NCBI GenBank assembly: GCA_964016885.1
Contig: OZ024763.1
Span: 27,404,001-27,468,000, forward strand
Reading direction: 5' to 3'
From: Eledone cirrhosa
Lineage: Eukaryota
DNA length: 64,000 nucleotides
In this document: positions 26,800 to 43,195 of the stretch, in pieces
How the letters are laid out: each line of letters starts with the position of its first letter
Position numbering within the stretch: the first letter of the stretch is position 1
Position numbers and translations under genes: made by a program
Notes under the pieces: model-generated
The model's database searches: none
The model's input: the letters and a program-made list of their open reading frames with translations, nothing else
Told to the model about the DNA's origin: nothing

Positions 26800-29490
26800 C
26801 CGCCTCAAGCACTGTCAGCACCACCACCACCACTCTCATCACGACCACTGTCATCACCACCACCACCACTCTCATCACGACGACCACCACCACCACCACA
26901 ACCACTGTCATCACCACCACCACCACCACCACCACCACCACCACTGTCATCACAACCACTGTCATCACCACCACCACTGTCATCACAACCACTGTCATCA
27001 CCACCACCACTGTCATCACAACCACTGTCATCACCACCACCACCACCGTCATCTCCACCACGACCACTCTCATCACGACCATCACCACCACCACCACCAC
27101 CGTCATCACGACCAACACCACGACTACCACCACCAGTCATCACCACCACCACCACTCTCATCACGACGACCACCACCACCACCACCACTGTCATCCCCAC
27201 CGCCACTACTGCCATCACCATCGCCACCACTACCACCATCACCATCAGCACCACCGCCGCCATCTCTAACCCTACCATCGCTGCAGTCACCGCCGCCGAC
27301 GCCTCTTTCGTCACTGTTACCACCACCACCACCACCACCACCCCACCACCCCCATCACCACCACCACCACCACCACCACCACCACCACCACCAACATTAC
27401 CACCACCACCACTACGTTACTACTGCTGAGACCACCACCACCACCACCACCACCACCACCACCACCAACATTACCACCACCACCACCACGTTACTACTGC
27501 TGAGACCACCACCACCACCACCACCACCACCACCACCACCAACATTACCACCACCACCACCACGTTACTACTGCTGAGACCACCACCACCACCACCACCA
27601 CCACCAACATTACCACCACCACCACCACCACGTTACTACTGCTGAGACCACCACCACCACCACCACCACCACCACCACTACGTTACTACTGCTGAGACCA
27701 CCACCACCACCACCACCACCACCACCAACATTACCACCACCACCACTACGTTACTACTGCTGAGACCACCACCACCACCACCACCACCACCACCACCACC
27801 ACCACCACCAACATTACCACCACCACCACTACGTTACTACTGCTGAGACCACCACCACCACCACCACCACCACCACCACCACCACCACTACGTTACTACT
27901 GCTGAGACCACCACCACCACCACCACCACCACCACCACCACCACCACCACCACTACGTTACTACTGCTGACACCACCACCGCCACCACCACCACCACCAC
28001 CACCACTACGTTACTACTGCTGAGACCACCACCACCACCACCACCACCACCACCACCACCACCACTACGTTACTACTGCTGAGACCACCACCACCACCAC
28101 CACCACCACCACCACCACCACTACGTTACTACTGCTGAGACCACCACCACCACCACCACCACCACCACCACCACCACCACCAACATTACCACCACCACCA
28201 CTACGTTACTACTGCTGAGACCACCACCACCACCACCACCACCACCACCACCACCACTACGTTACTACTGCTGAGACCACCACCGCCACCACCACCACCA
28301 CCACTACCACCACCACCACCACTACCACCACCACCACCACCACCACTACCACCACCACCACCACCACCACCACCACCACCACTACCACCACCACCACCAC
28401 CACCACCACCACCACCACCACCACCACCACTACCACCACTACCATCACCACCACCACCACCACCACCACTACCATCACCACCACCACCACCACCACCACC
28501 ACCACCACCACCACCACCACCACCACTACCACCACCACCACCACCACCACCACCACCACCACCACCACCACCACCACTACCATCACCACCACCACCACCA
28601 CCACCACCACTACGTTACTACTGCTGACACCACCACCACCACCACTACGTTACTACTGCTGACACCACCACCACCACCACCACCACCACCACCACCACCA
28701 CCACCACCACCACCACCACCACCACCAACACCGCCGCCGCCGCCGCTGTCAATCAATGCTGTCACTGCCACCACCACCACCACTATCGCTACCACTGCCA
28801 TCAGCACCATTACCACATCACTACCACTGCACCACTATCGCCGCCGCCGCCAATACTGTCATCACTTCTAAAGCCCACATCACCAAAACCACTACATCAC
28901 CACCACCACCGCCTACGCCGCCAATACTGTCATCACCTTCACTTCCACTGCACCACCACCACCACCACCACCACCACCACCACCACCACCACCACCATCA
29001 ACAATACCACCACCACCACCACCACCACCACCACCACCACCACCACCATCAACAATACCACCACCACCACCACCACCACCATCAACAATACCACCACCAC
29101 CACCACCACCACCACCACCACCACCACCATCAACAATACCACCACCACCACCACCACCGCCAGAACCACTACACCCCGATAACTACAAAAAAAAAACCCA
29201 CCACCACCTCCACCAATAACAACACCATCAACAATCCTACCGCGACAACCACCACCACCACCATCAACAATACCACCACCACCACCACCACCACCACCAC
29301 CACCATCAACAATACCACCACCACCACCACCACCACCACCATCAACAATACCACCTCGACAACCACCACCACCACCACCACCACCACCACCACCACCACC
29401 ACCACCACCACCACCACCACCACCACCACCACCATCACCACCACCACCATCAACGTTGACACGACAACCGGCACCACCACCACCACCACT
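26800..29490. repeat. (CCA)n field with composite units such as ctacgttactactgctgaga(cca)n
   Basis: Direct reading. Confidence 0.85.
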
Positions 29491-29734
29491 GGAGATGGAA
29501 AAAAAAAGTTGGACAGAGACGTCTGCGAGAACCGTTACACCGAAGCGTCCTTTCCTCCTTTTTCTTGGATAATTCGGAATCTTAACAGTGCTTTTGAAAT
29601 GTGAAACTCAGCGATAAGTTGACTTCTCTATTCTGTTCGCCGGAGCCGCGTGGGGTGGGATGGTGGTTGGTGCTGTGACAGCGCATGACCCCCCCCCCCA
29701 TTTGCTCATGATAGTGAGAGATGGGGGAGAGTGG

Positions 29735-31500
29735 GAGAGACGGTGGCAGCAGTGACAGTGGGAGTTTGGTTCCTTTGTGTTTGTACCTGGTGTATATATA
29801 AGAGATGGAGAGATAGAGACAGTGACAGTGGGAGTTTGGTTCCTCTGTGTTTGTACCTGGTGTATATATAAGAGATGGAGAGATAGAGACAGTGACAGTG
29901 GGAGTTTGGTTCCTCTGTGTTTGTACCTGGTGTATATATAAGAGATGGAGAGATAGAGACAGTGACAGTGGGAGTTTGGTTCCTCTGTGTTTGTACCTGG
30001 TGTATATGAGAGATAGGGAGAGCTGGAGAGATAGAGACAGTGACAGTGGGAGTTTGGTACCTTTGTGTTTGTACCTGGTGTATATGAGAGATGGGGAGAG
30101 CTGGAGAGATAGAGACAGTGACAGTGGGAGTTTGGTTCCTCTGTGTTTGTACCTGGTGTATATGAGAGATGGGGAGAGCTGGAGAGACAGAGAACGTGAC
30201 AGTGGGAGTTTGGTTCCTTTGTGTTTGTACCTGGTGTATATATAAGAGATGGGGAGAGCTGGAGAGATAGAGACAGTGACAGTGGGAGTTTGGTTCCTTT
30301 GTGTTTGTACCTGGTGTATATATGAGAGATGGGGAGAGCTGGAGAGATAGAAGCAGTGACAGTGGGAGTTTGGTTCCTTTGTGTTTGTACCTGGTGTATA
30401 TATGAGAGATGGGGAGAGCTGGAGAGATAGAAGCAGTGACAGTGGGAGTTTGGTTCCTTTGTGTTTGTACCTGGTGTATATATGAGAGGTGGGGAGAGCT
30501 GGTGAGATAGAAGCAGTGACAGTGGGAGTTTGGTTCCTTTGTGTTTGTACCTGGTGTATATATGAGAGGTGGGGAGAGCTGGAGAGATAGAGACAGTGAC
30601 AGTGGGAGTTTGGTTCCTTTGTGTTTGTACCTGGTGTATATATGAGAAGGGGGGAGAGCTGGAGAGATAGAGACAGTGACAGTGGGAGTTTGGTTCCTTT
30701 GTGTTCGGACCTGGTGTATATGAGAGATAGGGAGAGCTGGAGAGATAGAGACAGTGACAGTGGGAGTTTGGTTCCTTTGTGTTCGGACCTGGTGTATATG
30801 AGAGATAGGGAGAGCTGGAGAGACAGAGGCAGTGACAGTGGGAGTTTGGTTCCTTTGTGTTCGGACCTGGTGTATATATGAGAGATGGGGAGAGCTGGAG
30901 AGATAGAAGCAGTGACAGTGGGAGTTTGGTTCCTTTGTGTTCGGACCTGGTGTATATGAGAGATGGGGAGAGCTGGAGAGACAGAGGCAGTGACAGTGGG
31001 AGTTTGGTTCCTTTGTGTTCGGACCTGGTGTATATATGAGAGATGGGGAGAGCTGGAGAGACAGAGGCAGTGACAGTGGGAGTTTGGTTCCTTTGTGTTC
31101 GGACCTGGTGTATATATGAGAGATGGGGAGAGCTGGAGAGACAGAGGCAGTGACAGTGGGAGTTTGGTTCCTTTGTGTTTGTACCTGGTGTATATATGAG
31201 AGGTGGGGAGAGCTGGAGAGACAGAGGCAGTGACAGTGGGAGTTTGGTTCCTTTGTGTTTGTACCTGGTGTATATATGAGAGATGGGGAGAGCTGGAGAG
31301 ACAGAGGCAGTGACAGTGGGAGTTTGGTTCCTTTGTGTTCGGACCTGGTGTATATGAGAGATAGGGAGATCTGGAGAGACAGTGACAGTGGGAGTTTGGT
31401 TCCTTTGTGTTCGGACCTGGTGTATATATGAGAGATAGGGAGAGCTGGAGAGACAGTGACAGCGGGAGTTTGGTTCCTTTGTGCTCGGACTTGGTGTATA
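29735..31500. repeat. 70/78/80 bp minisatellite, ~23 units
   Basis: gtgacagtgggagtttggttcctttgtgtttgtacctggtgtata... period 80 at 30301/30381, 70 at 29761/29831. Confidence 0.9.
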
Positions 31501-31809
31501 TGTATATGTATATTCACGGAAAACACACTCACTATTACATTGTTACTTAATAAGGTGAAAAATTGTTCAAATAAAAATCAGAGGAAGATGCAATAGGGAT
31601 GTTTGGGTTTGTTTGAACTTTTGAAAGTTCTTTGTTTTTATTATGAATACGTTCTGAGTTCAAATCCCACGAGGTTAACTATATATCCAACTATCTTACT
31701 CAGGGTCAACCCCTAGGTCTCCTGGCGGTTGGTTTTGCCCATAAAATCTGTGCAGCAATTCTTTCCTGAGACATTCTAACTAAATACCCATAGTATTATT
31801 ATTATTAAA

Positions 31810-32310
31810 AAGTCACGGCCCTTTACGTTCTGAATTCAGAACGCCGAGGTTAGTTTTGCCTTTCATCCTTTTCTTTTTTTTTTTTGATCGATCGACTTTC
31901 GTCAAATCGGACCGAGGAAACAATGTTTCCGTTGGTCTTTCCAGTTGCTAGTACTATCTATCGGTCGCAATTCCAGGTAGAAAGAGCAACGTGAAATAAA
32001 GTGTCTTGCTCAAGGACATAACGCATCGCCCGGTCCAGGAATCGAACTCACAACCTCAAGATTGTGAATCCAATTCTCTAACCACTCAGCCACACGCCTT
32101 CATCCTTACGAGGTCGATAAAATAAAGTACCAGTAACACACTGGGTTCGATTCAATGGACTTTCCCTCTTCCCCCAAAATTGCTGGCCTTGTGCCTTAAT
32201 CATAAGCCATTGTGAATACGGTCTGAGTTCAAATCCCATCGAGGTTAACTTTGCCTTTCATCCTTACACAGTTGATAAAATAAAGTACCAGTAACGCACT
32301 GGAGGCGATA
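31810..32310. mobile_element. Nested SINE cluster: CORE-like SINE (31890-32098, minus) inside an octopus-type SINE, plus another copy
   Basis: gcctttcatcctt occurs on both sides of the inner element. Confidence 0.7.
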
Positions 32311-32332
32311 TATACTTTATATCATCTCTATT

Positions 32333-32410
32333 TATTTCATTATATATGTTTCAAAGATGTAAAGTTTTATGTATAACAGAAAGCAAAACATGTCCTCTTC
32401 AGATAAAATA
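32333..32410 (-). ncRNA. Type I hammerhead ribozyme (family H relative), long irregular stem II
   Basis: TATTTTAT-CTGAAGA-...-GAA-ACATATAT-A-ATGAAATA. Confidence 0.6.
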
Positions 32411-32437
32411 CAAAGAAAATGTATACCTTTTTCATGA

Positions 32438-32501
<64 letters not shown>

Positions 32502-32709
32502 GTATAATAAACAATACAATATAATTACCTCATTACCAGAGGTTTCCAGAATAAGACGAATACGAAAAAAACGTCCTCATTCGTTCGTCGGACAAGGTAA
32601 TGAGGTAGTTATATTGTATTGTTTATTATACATTAAATTTTGCTCTGGTACTTACATAGAGCACTCTTCACTCCTATGACTTTTTCAATTTTCAACGGAA
32701 ACTTCAATA

Positions 32710-32740
<31 letters not shown>

Positions 32741-32742
<2 letters not shown>

Positions 32743-33105
32743 CAAAGGAATTGTGGTAAGGAACCAAATGGACCATAACGCACCAGAGTACTCAATACTT
32801 AGGGTAGTAGAGTGGGAAATAGTAGTTCAGAAATAGCCGTCGAAACGGCTTGAGCTCTGCGCTCGGGGTCATACTTTTTCCTATATATATATATATATAT
32901 ATATAGGGACGAGTAGGACCCCGACGGCTGAGCTCAAACTGTTTCGACAGCTAATTCTGGACTGAATGCGTCCAGAAATAGCCGTCGACACGGCTTGAGC
33001 TCAGCCGTCGGGGTCCTACTCGTTCCTATTACCCACTCTACTACCCTAAGTATTGAGTACTTTGGTGCGTTATGGTCCACCTGCTTCCTTGCCACATTTC
33101 CTTCG

Positions 33106-33107
<2 letters not shown>
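32741..33107. mobile_element. Two adjacent family C inverted inserts (32741-32883, 32905-33107)
   Basis: Same short end (ttcctata) and long end (ttcgttata) as the other family C copies. Confidence 0.75.
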
Positions 33108-33143
<36 letters not shown>

Positions 33144-34306
33144 TATATATATAGTTGGAGGCGGAAATGAAGGTAGACAGAGACGCATGCGTGAATGGAA
33201 CAAAAATACCACCGACCACAACCATCGTTATAACCAACACTACCATCATCGGCTCCACCACCACCACCACCACCACCACCACCATCTCCATCATCACCAT
33301 CACCAACATTACCATGGCCACCACCACCACCACCACCACCACCACCATCACCATCATCAACATCGCTACCACCACCATCAACTTTACCACAAACCACCGC
33401 CGCCGCCGCCATAATCGTCAGCATTACCATCGTCACCATCGCCATCCCCGTCTCCACCATCGCCACCACCACCGCCACCACCACCGCCGCCATCACCAAT
33501 ATTACCATCATCATCACCACCGCTATCACCACCACCACCGCCACCGCCGCCACCGCCATCACCAACATTACCGTCCTCACCACCGTCGCCACCACCACCA
33601 CCGCTATTACAACCCCCACCACTACACCACCACCACCGCCATCACCACCACCACCACCACCACCACTACACCACCACCACCACCACCACCACCACCACCA
33701 CCACCACCACCACTACACCATCACTACACCACCACCACTACACCACCACCACCACCACCACCACCACCACCACCACCACCACCACCACTGCACCACCACC
33801 ACTACACCACCATCACTACACCACCACCACCGCCATCACCACCACCACCACCACCACCACTACACCACCTTCCACCACCACTACACCACCACCACCACCA
33901 CTACACCACCTTCCACCACCACTACACCACCACCACCGCCATCACCACCACCACCACTACACCACCACCACCACACCACCACCACACCACCACCACCACC
34001 ACACCACCACCACACCACCACCACACCACCACACCACCACCACCACCACACCACCACCACCACCACCACCACCACCACCACCACCACCACACCACCACCA
34101 CACCACCACCACCACCACACACACCACCACACCACCACCACCACCACCACCACCACCACCACCACCACCACCAACACCACCACCACTACACCACCGCCGC
34201 CGCTGCTGCCATCACAATCAAAATAATATTAAAGGAAAACTTTTTAAAATCTCGAACATTCCAGTGCATGTCACTGTGACCTCCCCCTCTCACCTCTCTT
34301 TCATAT

Positions 34307-34359
<53 letters not shown>

Positions 34360-34507
34360 TATACACTCTCTCTCTCTCTCTCACATATACACACTCTCTC
34401 TCTCTCACATATACACACTCTCTCTCTCTCTCTCTCACATATACACTCTCTCTCTCTCTCTCTCTCTCTCACATATACACACTCTCTCTCTCTCACATAT
34501 ACACACA

Positions 34508-34545
<38 letters not shown>

Positions 34546-34954
34546 TATACACACACTCTCTCTCTCACATATACACACACACTCTCTCTCTCTCACATAT
34601 AAATACACACTCACTCTCTCTCGCATATATATACACACTCTCTCTCACATATATATACTCACTCTCTCTCTCTCGCATATACACACACTCTCTCTCTCAC
34701 ATATATATACACACTCTCTCTCTCTCGCATATATATACACACACTCTCTCTCTCTCACATACACACATACCCTCTCTCACATATATATACACTCTCTCTT
34801 GCATACACACACACACACACACTCTCACAGACACATATATATATATATATATATATACAAATAGACACACTCTCTCACATACATATATATATACATATAA
34901 GTACACACTCTCTCATATATATATATATATATATACATATACACACACACTCTT

Positions 34955-34995
<41 letters not shown>

Positions 34996-35261
34996 CACAT
35001 ACACACTCTCTCGACAGTCTCTCGCTCTCACTCTCTTCTCTCTCACACACTTTCTCACTGTCACCTCTCTCACTCTCTCACTGTTTCATTCTCTCTCTCT
35101 CTCCCCCTCTCTCTCACATAGTCTCTCTCTTATTCTCCCCCCCCCTCTCTCTCTAGTAGTCTCTTTTGTCCCCTGTTACATAATCAGCCGTTTCGCTACT
35201 CTGTCCCTGCCCCCCTCTCTCTCTCTCTCTTTCATTACAGACACACCTAACACACACTATA

Positions 35262-37760
<2,499 letters not shown>

Positions 37761-37785
37761 ATATATATGTATATAAATGTCTATA

Positions 37786-37880
37786 CAGGGTGTCTCCTCA
37801 AAATATATACACACTTCAACAGCATTCTAATGAATATTGCCTAATCAAAGTGTGTATAGATCTTTTTGGGGGACACCCTG
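37786..37880. mobile_element. Tc1/mariner-type MITE, 95 bp
   Basis: TA-cagggtgtctcctcaaaa ... ttttgggggacaccctg-TA. Confidence 0.7.
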
Positions 37881-38055
37881 TATGTCTGTATATATATTTA
37901 TATATATATATATATATAACTACTTATATATATATATATATATACACAGATATAAACATATATATAACAATGAATGGACCTGTTATTTTTATCTAAAGAC
38001 ATTTTTTCCAATTCCAACCCGCCCGTCCCCTCAATCTATCTTATATCTCATTCTT

Positions 38056-38091
38056 TCTTCTGATGAAGGACGAGCGTCCGAAACGTTAAGA
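38056..38091 (+). ncRNA. Minimal type I hammerhead ribozyme (family E), within insert ~37980-38175
   Basis: TCTT-CTGATGA-A-GGAC-gagc-GTCC-GAA-ACGT-T-AAGA. Confidence 0.85.
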
Positions 38092-38171
38092 CCCTCTTCC
38101 TGCTATATCAAGCGTTAACCTAATATATCCCTTCCATATACTGTACCGATTGTGTTGTTAATTCTCTTTAC

Positions 38172-38268
<97 letters not shown>

Positions 38269-38400
38269 GCAGAAGTTATATTTAATTTGTTGGGATTCCA
38301 GCAAGCTTAAAAGTTTATAACTGATATAAAGCACTCAACAGTAATTGGAGTAAATATTCAATATATTAATAAATGGAAACTATATTTATAAAACCATAAT

Positions 38401-38465
38401 TATTTTATTATATATATTTCAAGGATAACCAAGGCATTCTTGGTGCGCTTTCATCAGATAAAATA
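38401..38465 (-). ncRNA. Type I hammerhead ribozyme (family H)
   Basis: TATTTTAT-CTGATGA-AAG..ACCAAG-aatgc-CTTGGT..CTT-GAA-ATATATAT-A-ATAAAATA; 8 bp stem I. Confidence 0.75.
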
Positions 38466-38543
38466 CATTTCTTTTATAAATATTGACATAACCGTGGAAA
38501 AACAACCTTGACGGTTATGTCAATATTTATAAAACAAATCTTG

Positions 38544-38608
38544 TATTTTATCTGATGAAAGCGCACCAAGATTGCCTTGGTTGTCCTTGAAATATATATA
38601 AGAAAATA
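38544..38608 (+). ncRNA. Hammerhead ribozyme (family H, right arm)
   Basis: Mirror copy with one stem I mismatch. Confidence 0.7.
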
Positions 38609-38646
38609 ATTATGGTTTTATAAATATAGTTTACATTTATTAATAT

Positions 38647-38711
<65 letters not shown>

Positions 38712-38740
38712 ATATAGATATGCATATGTATATAGATATG

Positions 38741-39240
38741 TTTCTTTATTAGCCACAGGGGCACAAAAGAAGGGGACAAATACAAAGGGGGAAGTTTACA
38801 TACAATAAAAACGTGTAAAATATCACAAATGTAATTTAAAAATTAGTCGATTTTCCCCAATAGGGAGAGACATTTCATATGGGTAACACATACCCCCGAA
38901 AAAAAATGTGCAACCCTCAACTCCAGGAGTAGAAGAGTTTGTACTCCCTTCCTTTCGTCCTCTTTTTCCTCAACCTACAGGCTGATATAGAGAGAAGGCC
39001 CATTCACTCGGGCCATTCTCGCCACTTTCACCCACCTTTCATAAAACTTTCTGGGGTACAGCACCTCTCTCTCCATCCTGACTCTTCTTCCAAAGTGGTA
39101 TTTGAAAAAAAGAATCAGTTGTTGGCCGGAGAGAAAGGTGTCTGACCTCAGCCCTTTCAACCTTGTCCACCATACAACCTCTTTCACCATAGCTATCACA
39201 CAAAGGAAAACCGCCTCTCCCTCGTTTTTGAAGGAGGGAT
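38741..39240 (-). mobile_element. 5'-truncated Tx1/L1-clade LINE
   Basis: Near-identical rc of 55745-56265 (PSFKNEGEAVFLC...ERWVKVARM; ctaataaagaaa end). Confidence 0.8.
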
Positions 39241-39382
39241 AGTTAGATTGATATATATATATATCAACGTATGTATATGTATAATAAAGCCAAAACAATG
39301 CAGGTATGGACATAGAATAAAGAATGCAAATGCAAAAGATATTGTTGACGATTAGTCTTTTACCTTAGATTTATTTAAATGT

Positions 39383-39417
39383 CCTAAATTTTCGAGATAA
39401 TATCTCTTCTTCAGAGG
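39383..39417 (-). ncRNA. Minimal type I hammerhead ribozyme (family K)
   Basis: CCT-CTGAAGA-A-GAGAT-att-ATCTC-GAA-AATT-T-AGG. Confidence 0.75.
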
Positions 39418-39724
39418 GAAGTAAAGTTGTCAAACCAGTGTTCTAAATAGCTTGCCAAGTCATGCTGACAGGAAATGGTATAGAGTATCTGTTCTATCTC
39501 TAATGTCAAAGAGTTAAGATTAGGTGGATAAAGAGTAGTCTCCCTTTAAGAGGGTTTTTAAAAAATTTTTTTTTTTTTATATACATGCCTGTTTAAGTGT
39601 GTGGAAGAATACATGAAGGTGTAAGTATGTGAGTGTGTGTGTGTGAGTGTGAGAAGATATGTCTATACGTAAATGTGGGGGATAGATGTTATCTCGTGTT
39701 AGAACTGGTTTTGTGTGTGTATGT

Positions 39725-39828
<104 letters not shown>

Positions 39829-39994
39829 GCTAGATAGACTGACAGATAGATAGATATATAGATAGAAAGATAGATAGATAGAGAGAGAGACACACAGACA
39901 GATAGATAGTAACCTACACATTAATATTAATCTATTTGCTTCTATATAAATATCTACCATTTTCTAAACCAGTTTCAATCTACAATCTACATTC

Positions 39995-41180
39995 CTGTGT
40001 ATAAATACTATTGTTTGTCGTTGTTGTTGTATAAATATTACATAAGTATTGTCTGTCATTGTTGTTGTCGTTATTGTTGTTGTTGTATAAATATTACATA
40101 AGTGTTGTCGTTATTGTTGTTGTTGTTATTGTTGTTGTTGTATAAATATTACATAAGTATTGTTTGTGTTGTTGTTGTTGTTGTATAAATATTACATAAG
40201 TATTGTCTGTCATTGTTGTTGTCGTTATTGTTGTTGTTGTATAAATATTACATAAGTGTTGTCGTTATTGTTGTTGTTGTTATTGTTGTTGTTGTATAAA
40301 TATTACATAAGTATTGTCTGTCATTGTTGTTGTCGTTATTGTTGTTGTTGTATAAATATTACATAAGTGTTGTCGTTATTGTTGTTGTTGTTATTGTTGT
40401 TGTTGTATAAATATTACATAAGTATTGTTTGTGTTGTTGTTGTTGTTGTATAAATATTACATAAGTATTGTCTGTCATTGTTGTTGTCGTTATTGTTGTT
40501 GTTGTATAAATATTACATAAGTGTTGTCGTTGTTGTTGTTGTTGTTATTGTTGTTGTTATTATTGTTGTTGTTGTTATTGTTGTTGTTGTATAAATATTA
40601 CATAAGTATTGTCTGTCATTGTTGTTGTCGTTGTTGTTGTTGTTGTATAAATATTACATAAGTGTTGTCGTTATTGTTGTTGTTGTTATTGTTGTTGTTG
40701 TATAAATATTACATAAGTATTGTCTGTCATTGTTGTTGTCGTTGTTGTTGTTGTTGTATAAATATTACATAAGTATTGTCTGTCGTTGTTGTTGTTGTTA
40801 TTGCTGTTGTTGTTGTTGTTGTATAAATATTACATAAGTATTGTCTGTGTCGTTGTTGTTGTTACTGTTGTTGTTGTTGTATAAATATTACATAAGTATT
40901 GTCTGTGCCGTTGTTGTTGTTGTTGTTGTTGTATAAATATTACATAAGCAGTGTCTGTGTCGTTGTTGTTGTTACTGTTGTTGTTGTTGTATAAATATTA
41001 CATAATTACTGTCTGTGTCGTTGTTGTTACTGTTGTTGTTGTTGTAGTATAAATATTACATAAGTCTTGTTTGTGTCATTGTTGTTGTTGTTATTGCTGT
41101 TGTTGTTGTATAAATATTACATAAGTATTGTCTGTCGTTGCTGTTGTTGTTGTTGTTGTATAAATATTACATATTACATG
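39995..41180. repeat. Composite minisatellite tataaatattacataagtattgtctgt+(TTG)n
   Basis: Over 20 units with higher-order alternation. Confidence 0.85.
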
Positions 41181-41438
41181 ACTTCTGTCTTTGTTGGTGT
41201 TGGTGTTGGTGGTCGTTATTTCTGTTGTTGTTGTTGTCGGTGGTGGTGGTGGTGGTAGTATGTTGTTGTGGTGGTGCTTGTGGCTGTTGTTGTTACTGTT
41301 GTTATTGTGGAGGTCTTTGCCATTCATTGCTTTTGTTGTTGTAGTAGTAGTAGTGGTGGTTGTTGTTGTTGTGGTGATTGTGGAAGTTTTGTTTTGTCAT
41401 TGCTTTTGTTGTGGCAGTTATTGTGGTGATATATAGTA

Positions 41439-41491
<53 letters not shown>

Positions 41492-41496
41492 CATAC

Positions 41497-41533
<37 letters not shown>

Positions 41534-41579
41534 ATATATATATATATATATTATATATATATATATTTTATATATATAT

Positions 41580-41631
<52 letters not shown>

Positions 41632-41664
41632 TATATATATAAAATACATATATATATATATAAA

Positions 41665-41725
<61 letters not shown>

Positions 41726-41738
41726 CATATATATATAC

Positions 41739-41771
<33 letters not shown>

Positions 41772-41840
41772 CATATATATATACATATATATATTATATA
41801 TATATATATATTTTATATATATATATAAATATAAATATAT

Positions 41841-41876
<36 letters not shown>

Positions 41877-42063
41877 GGTGGTGATGGTGGTTGTTATTGT
41901 TATTATTGTTGTTGTTGCTGCTGTTGTTGTTGTTGTTGTTGTTGTTGTTCATGTTGCACTTAGCCAGTTCAACAATGCTATATTGTCTTGTCTTCTGGAG
42001 ATGCTGTCCAAAAATTGAAACGAGGTCCCTTAGCGCACGTTAAAGTAAATACGTTAATATCGA

Positions 42064-42154
<91 letters not shown>

Positions 42155-42157
42155 TTA

Positions 42158-42207
<50 letters not shown>

Positions 42208-42252
42208 TATTTATATATATTTATATATATATATATATATATATAAATATAA

Positions 42253-42338
<86 letters not shown>

Positions 42339-42393
42339 TGTATGTATATAGCGATATGTGCATATACATATACATACATCAACATATTACATG

Positions 42394-42430
<37 letters not shown>

Positions 42431-42582
42431 TAGGAGGGAGATAAATGGATTTGTGGTTGGATAGAAACAGGGACTGGTAGTTGAATTAGTACAGATATAT
42501 ACATATACATTTATATATATATATATATATATAATATATATATATATATATTTACATTTATATATATATATATAGTTTAAAT

Positions 42583-42746
42583 ATAGATGAGATTCTACAG
42601 GACTAGAACTGTTTCATTCTTTAGAAATCATTCTATAGAATGAAACAGTTCTAGTCCTGTAGAATCTCATCTATATTAAAAATGTTATACTCTGCTCTGT
42701 ATTGAGAACCTTACTGTGGTTACCTCCGATTCAACCCGGAATAACT
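42583..42746. mobile_element. Family F foldback insert with truncated hammerheads
   Basis: Palindrome centred in stem II at ~42630; tail ends ccggaataac(TA)n. Confidence 0.75.
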
Positions 42747-42765
42747 TATATATATATATATATTT

Positions 42766-42811
<46 letters not shown>

Positions 42812-42815
<4 letters not shown>

Positions 42816-42965
42816 ATAATAAACTTGAAGACTAAAATCCAAAGAGGACCCGATAAGGATAAATATATATCAAATATATAAGAACCCTAGAGCAAAAAAT
42901 TATTAAAATAACAGATTAAAGTTTAAGCAAAGAATCGCTGCTTTCACCCTTAACGGGATCTTCTA
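42812..42965 (-). mobile_element. Family B insert truncated at the ribozyme core
   Basis: Matches 3650-3897 without the nested insertion. Confidence 0.7.
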
Positions 42966-43092
42966 TGAATATATGTGCATAAATATATTTACACACATAT
43001 ATATATATGTAAATATATGTAAAAATATATATATTTACATATATTTACATACATATATATATATATATACATATATTTATATATATATATAT

Positions 43093-43195
<103 letters not shown>

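Larger units (their letters stand above)
38268..38655. mobile_element. Family H foldback insert
   Basis: Inverted arms 38354-38485 and 38511-38655, plus ~85 bp tail. Confidence 0.75.

Noticed and set aside
29706-31532. 608 aa repetitive ORF
   Set aside because: Unit lengths 70 and 80 are not multiples of 3 and the frame rotates; minisatellite
39920-40010. Possible PLE endonuclease C-terminus upstream of the family K ribozyme
   Set aside because: Short, contains a stop, no recognisable GIY-YIG motif
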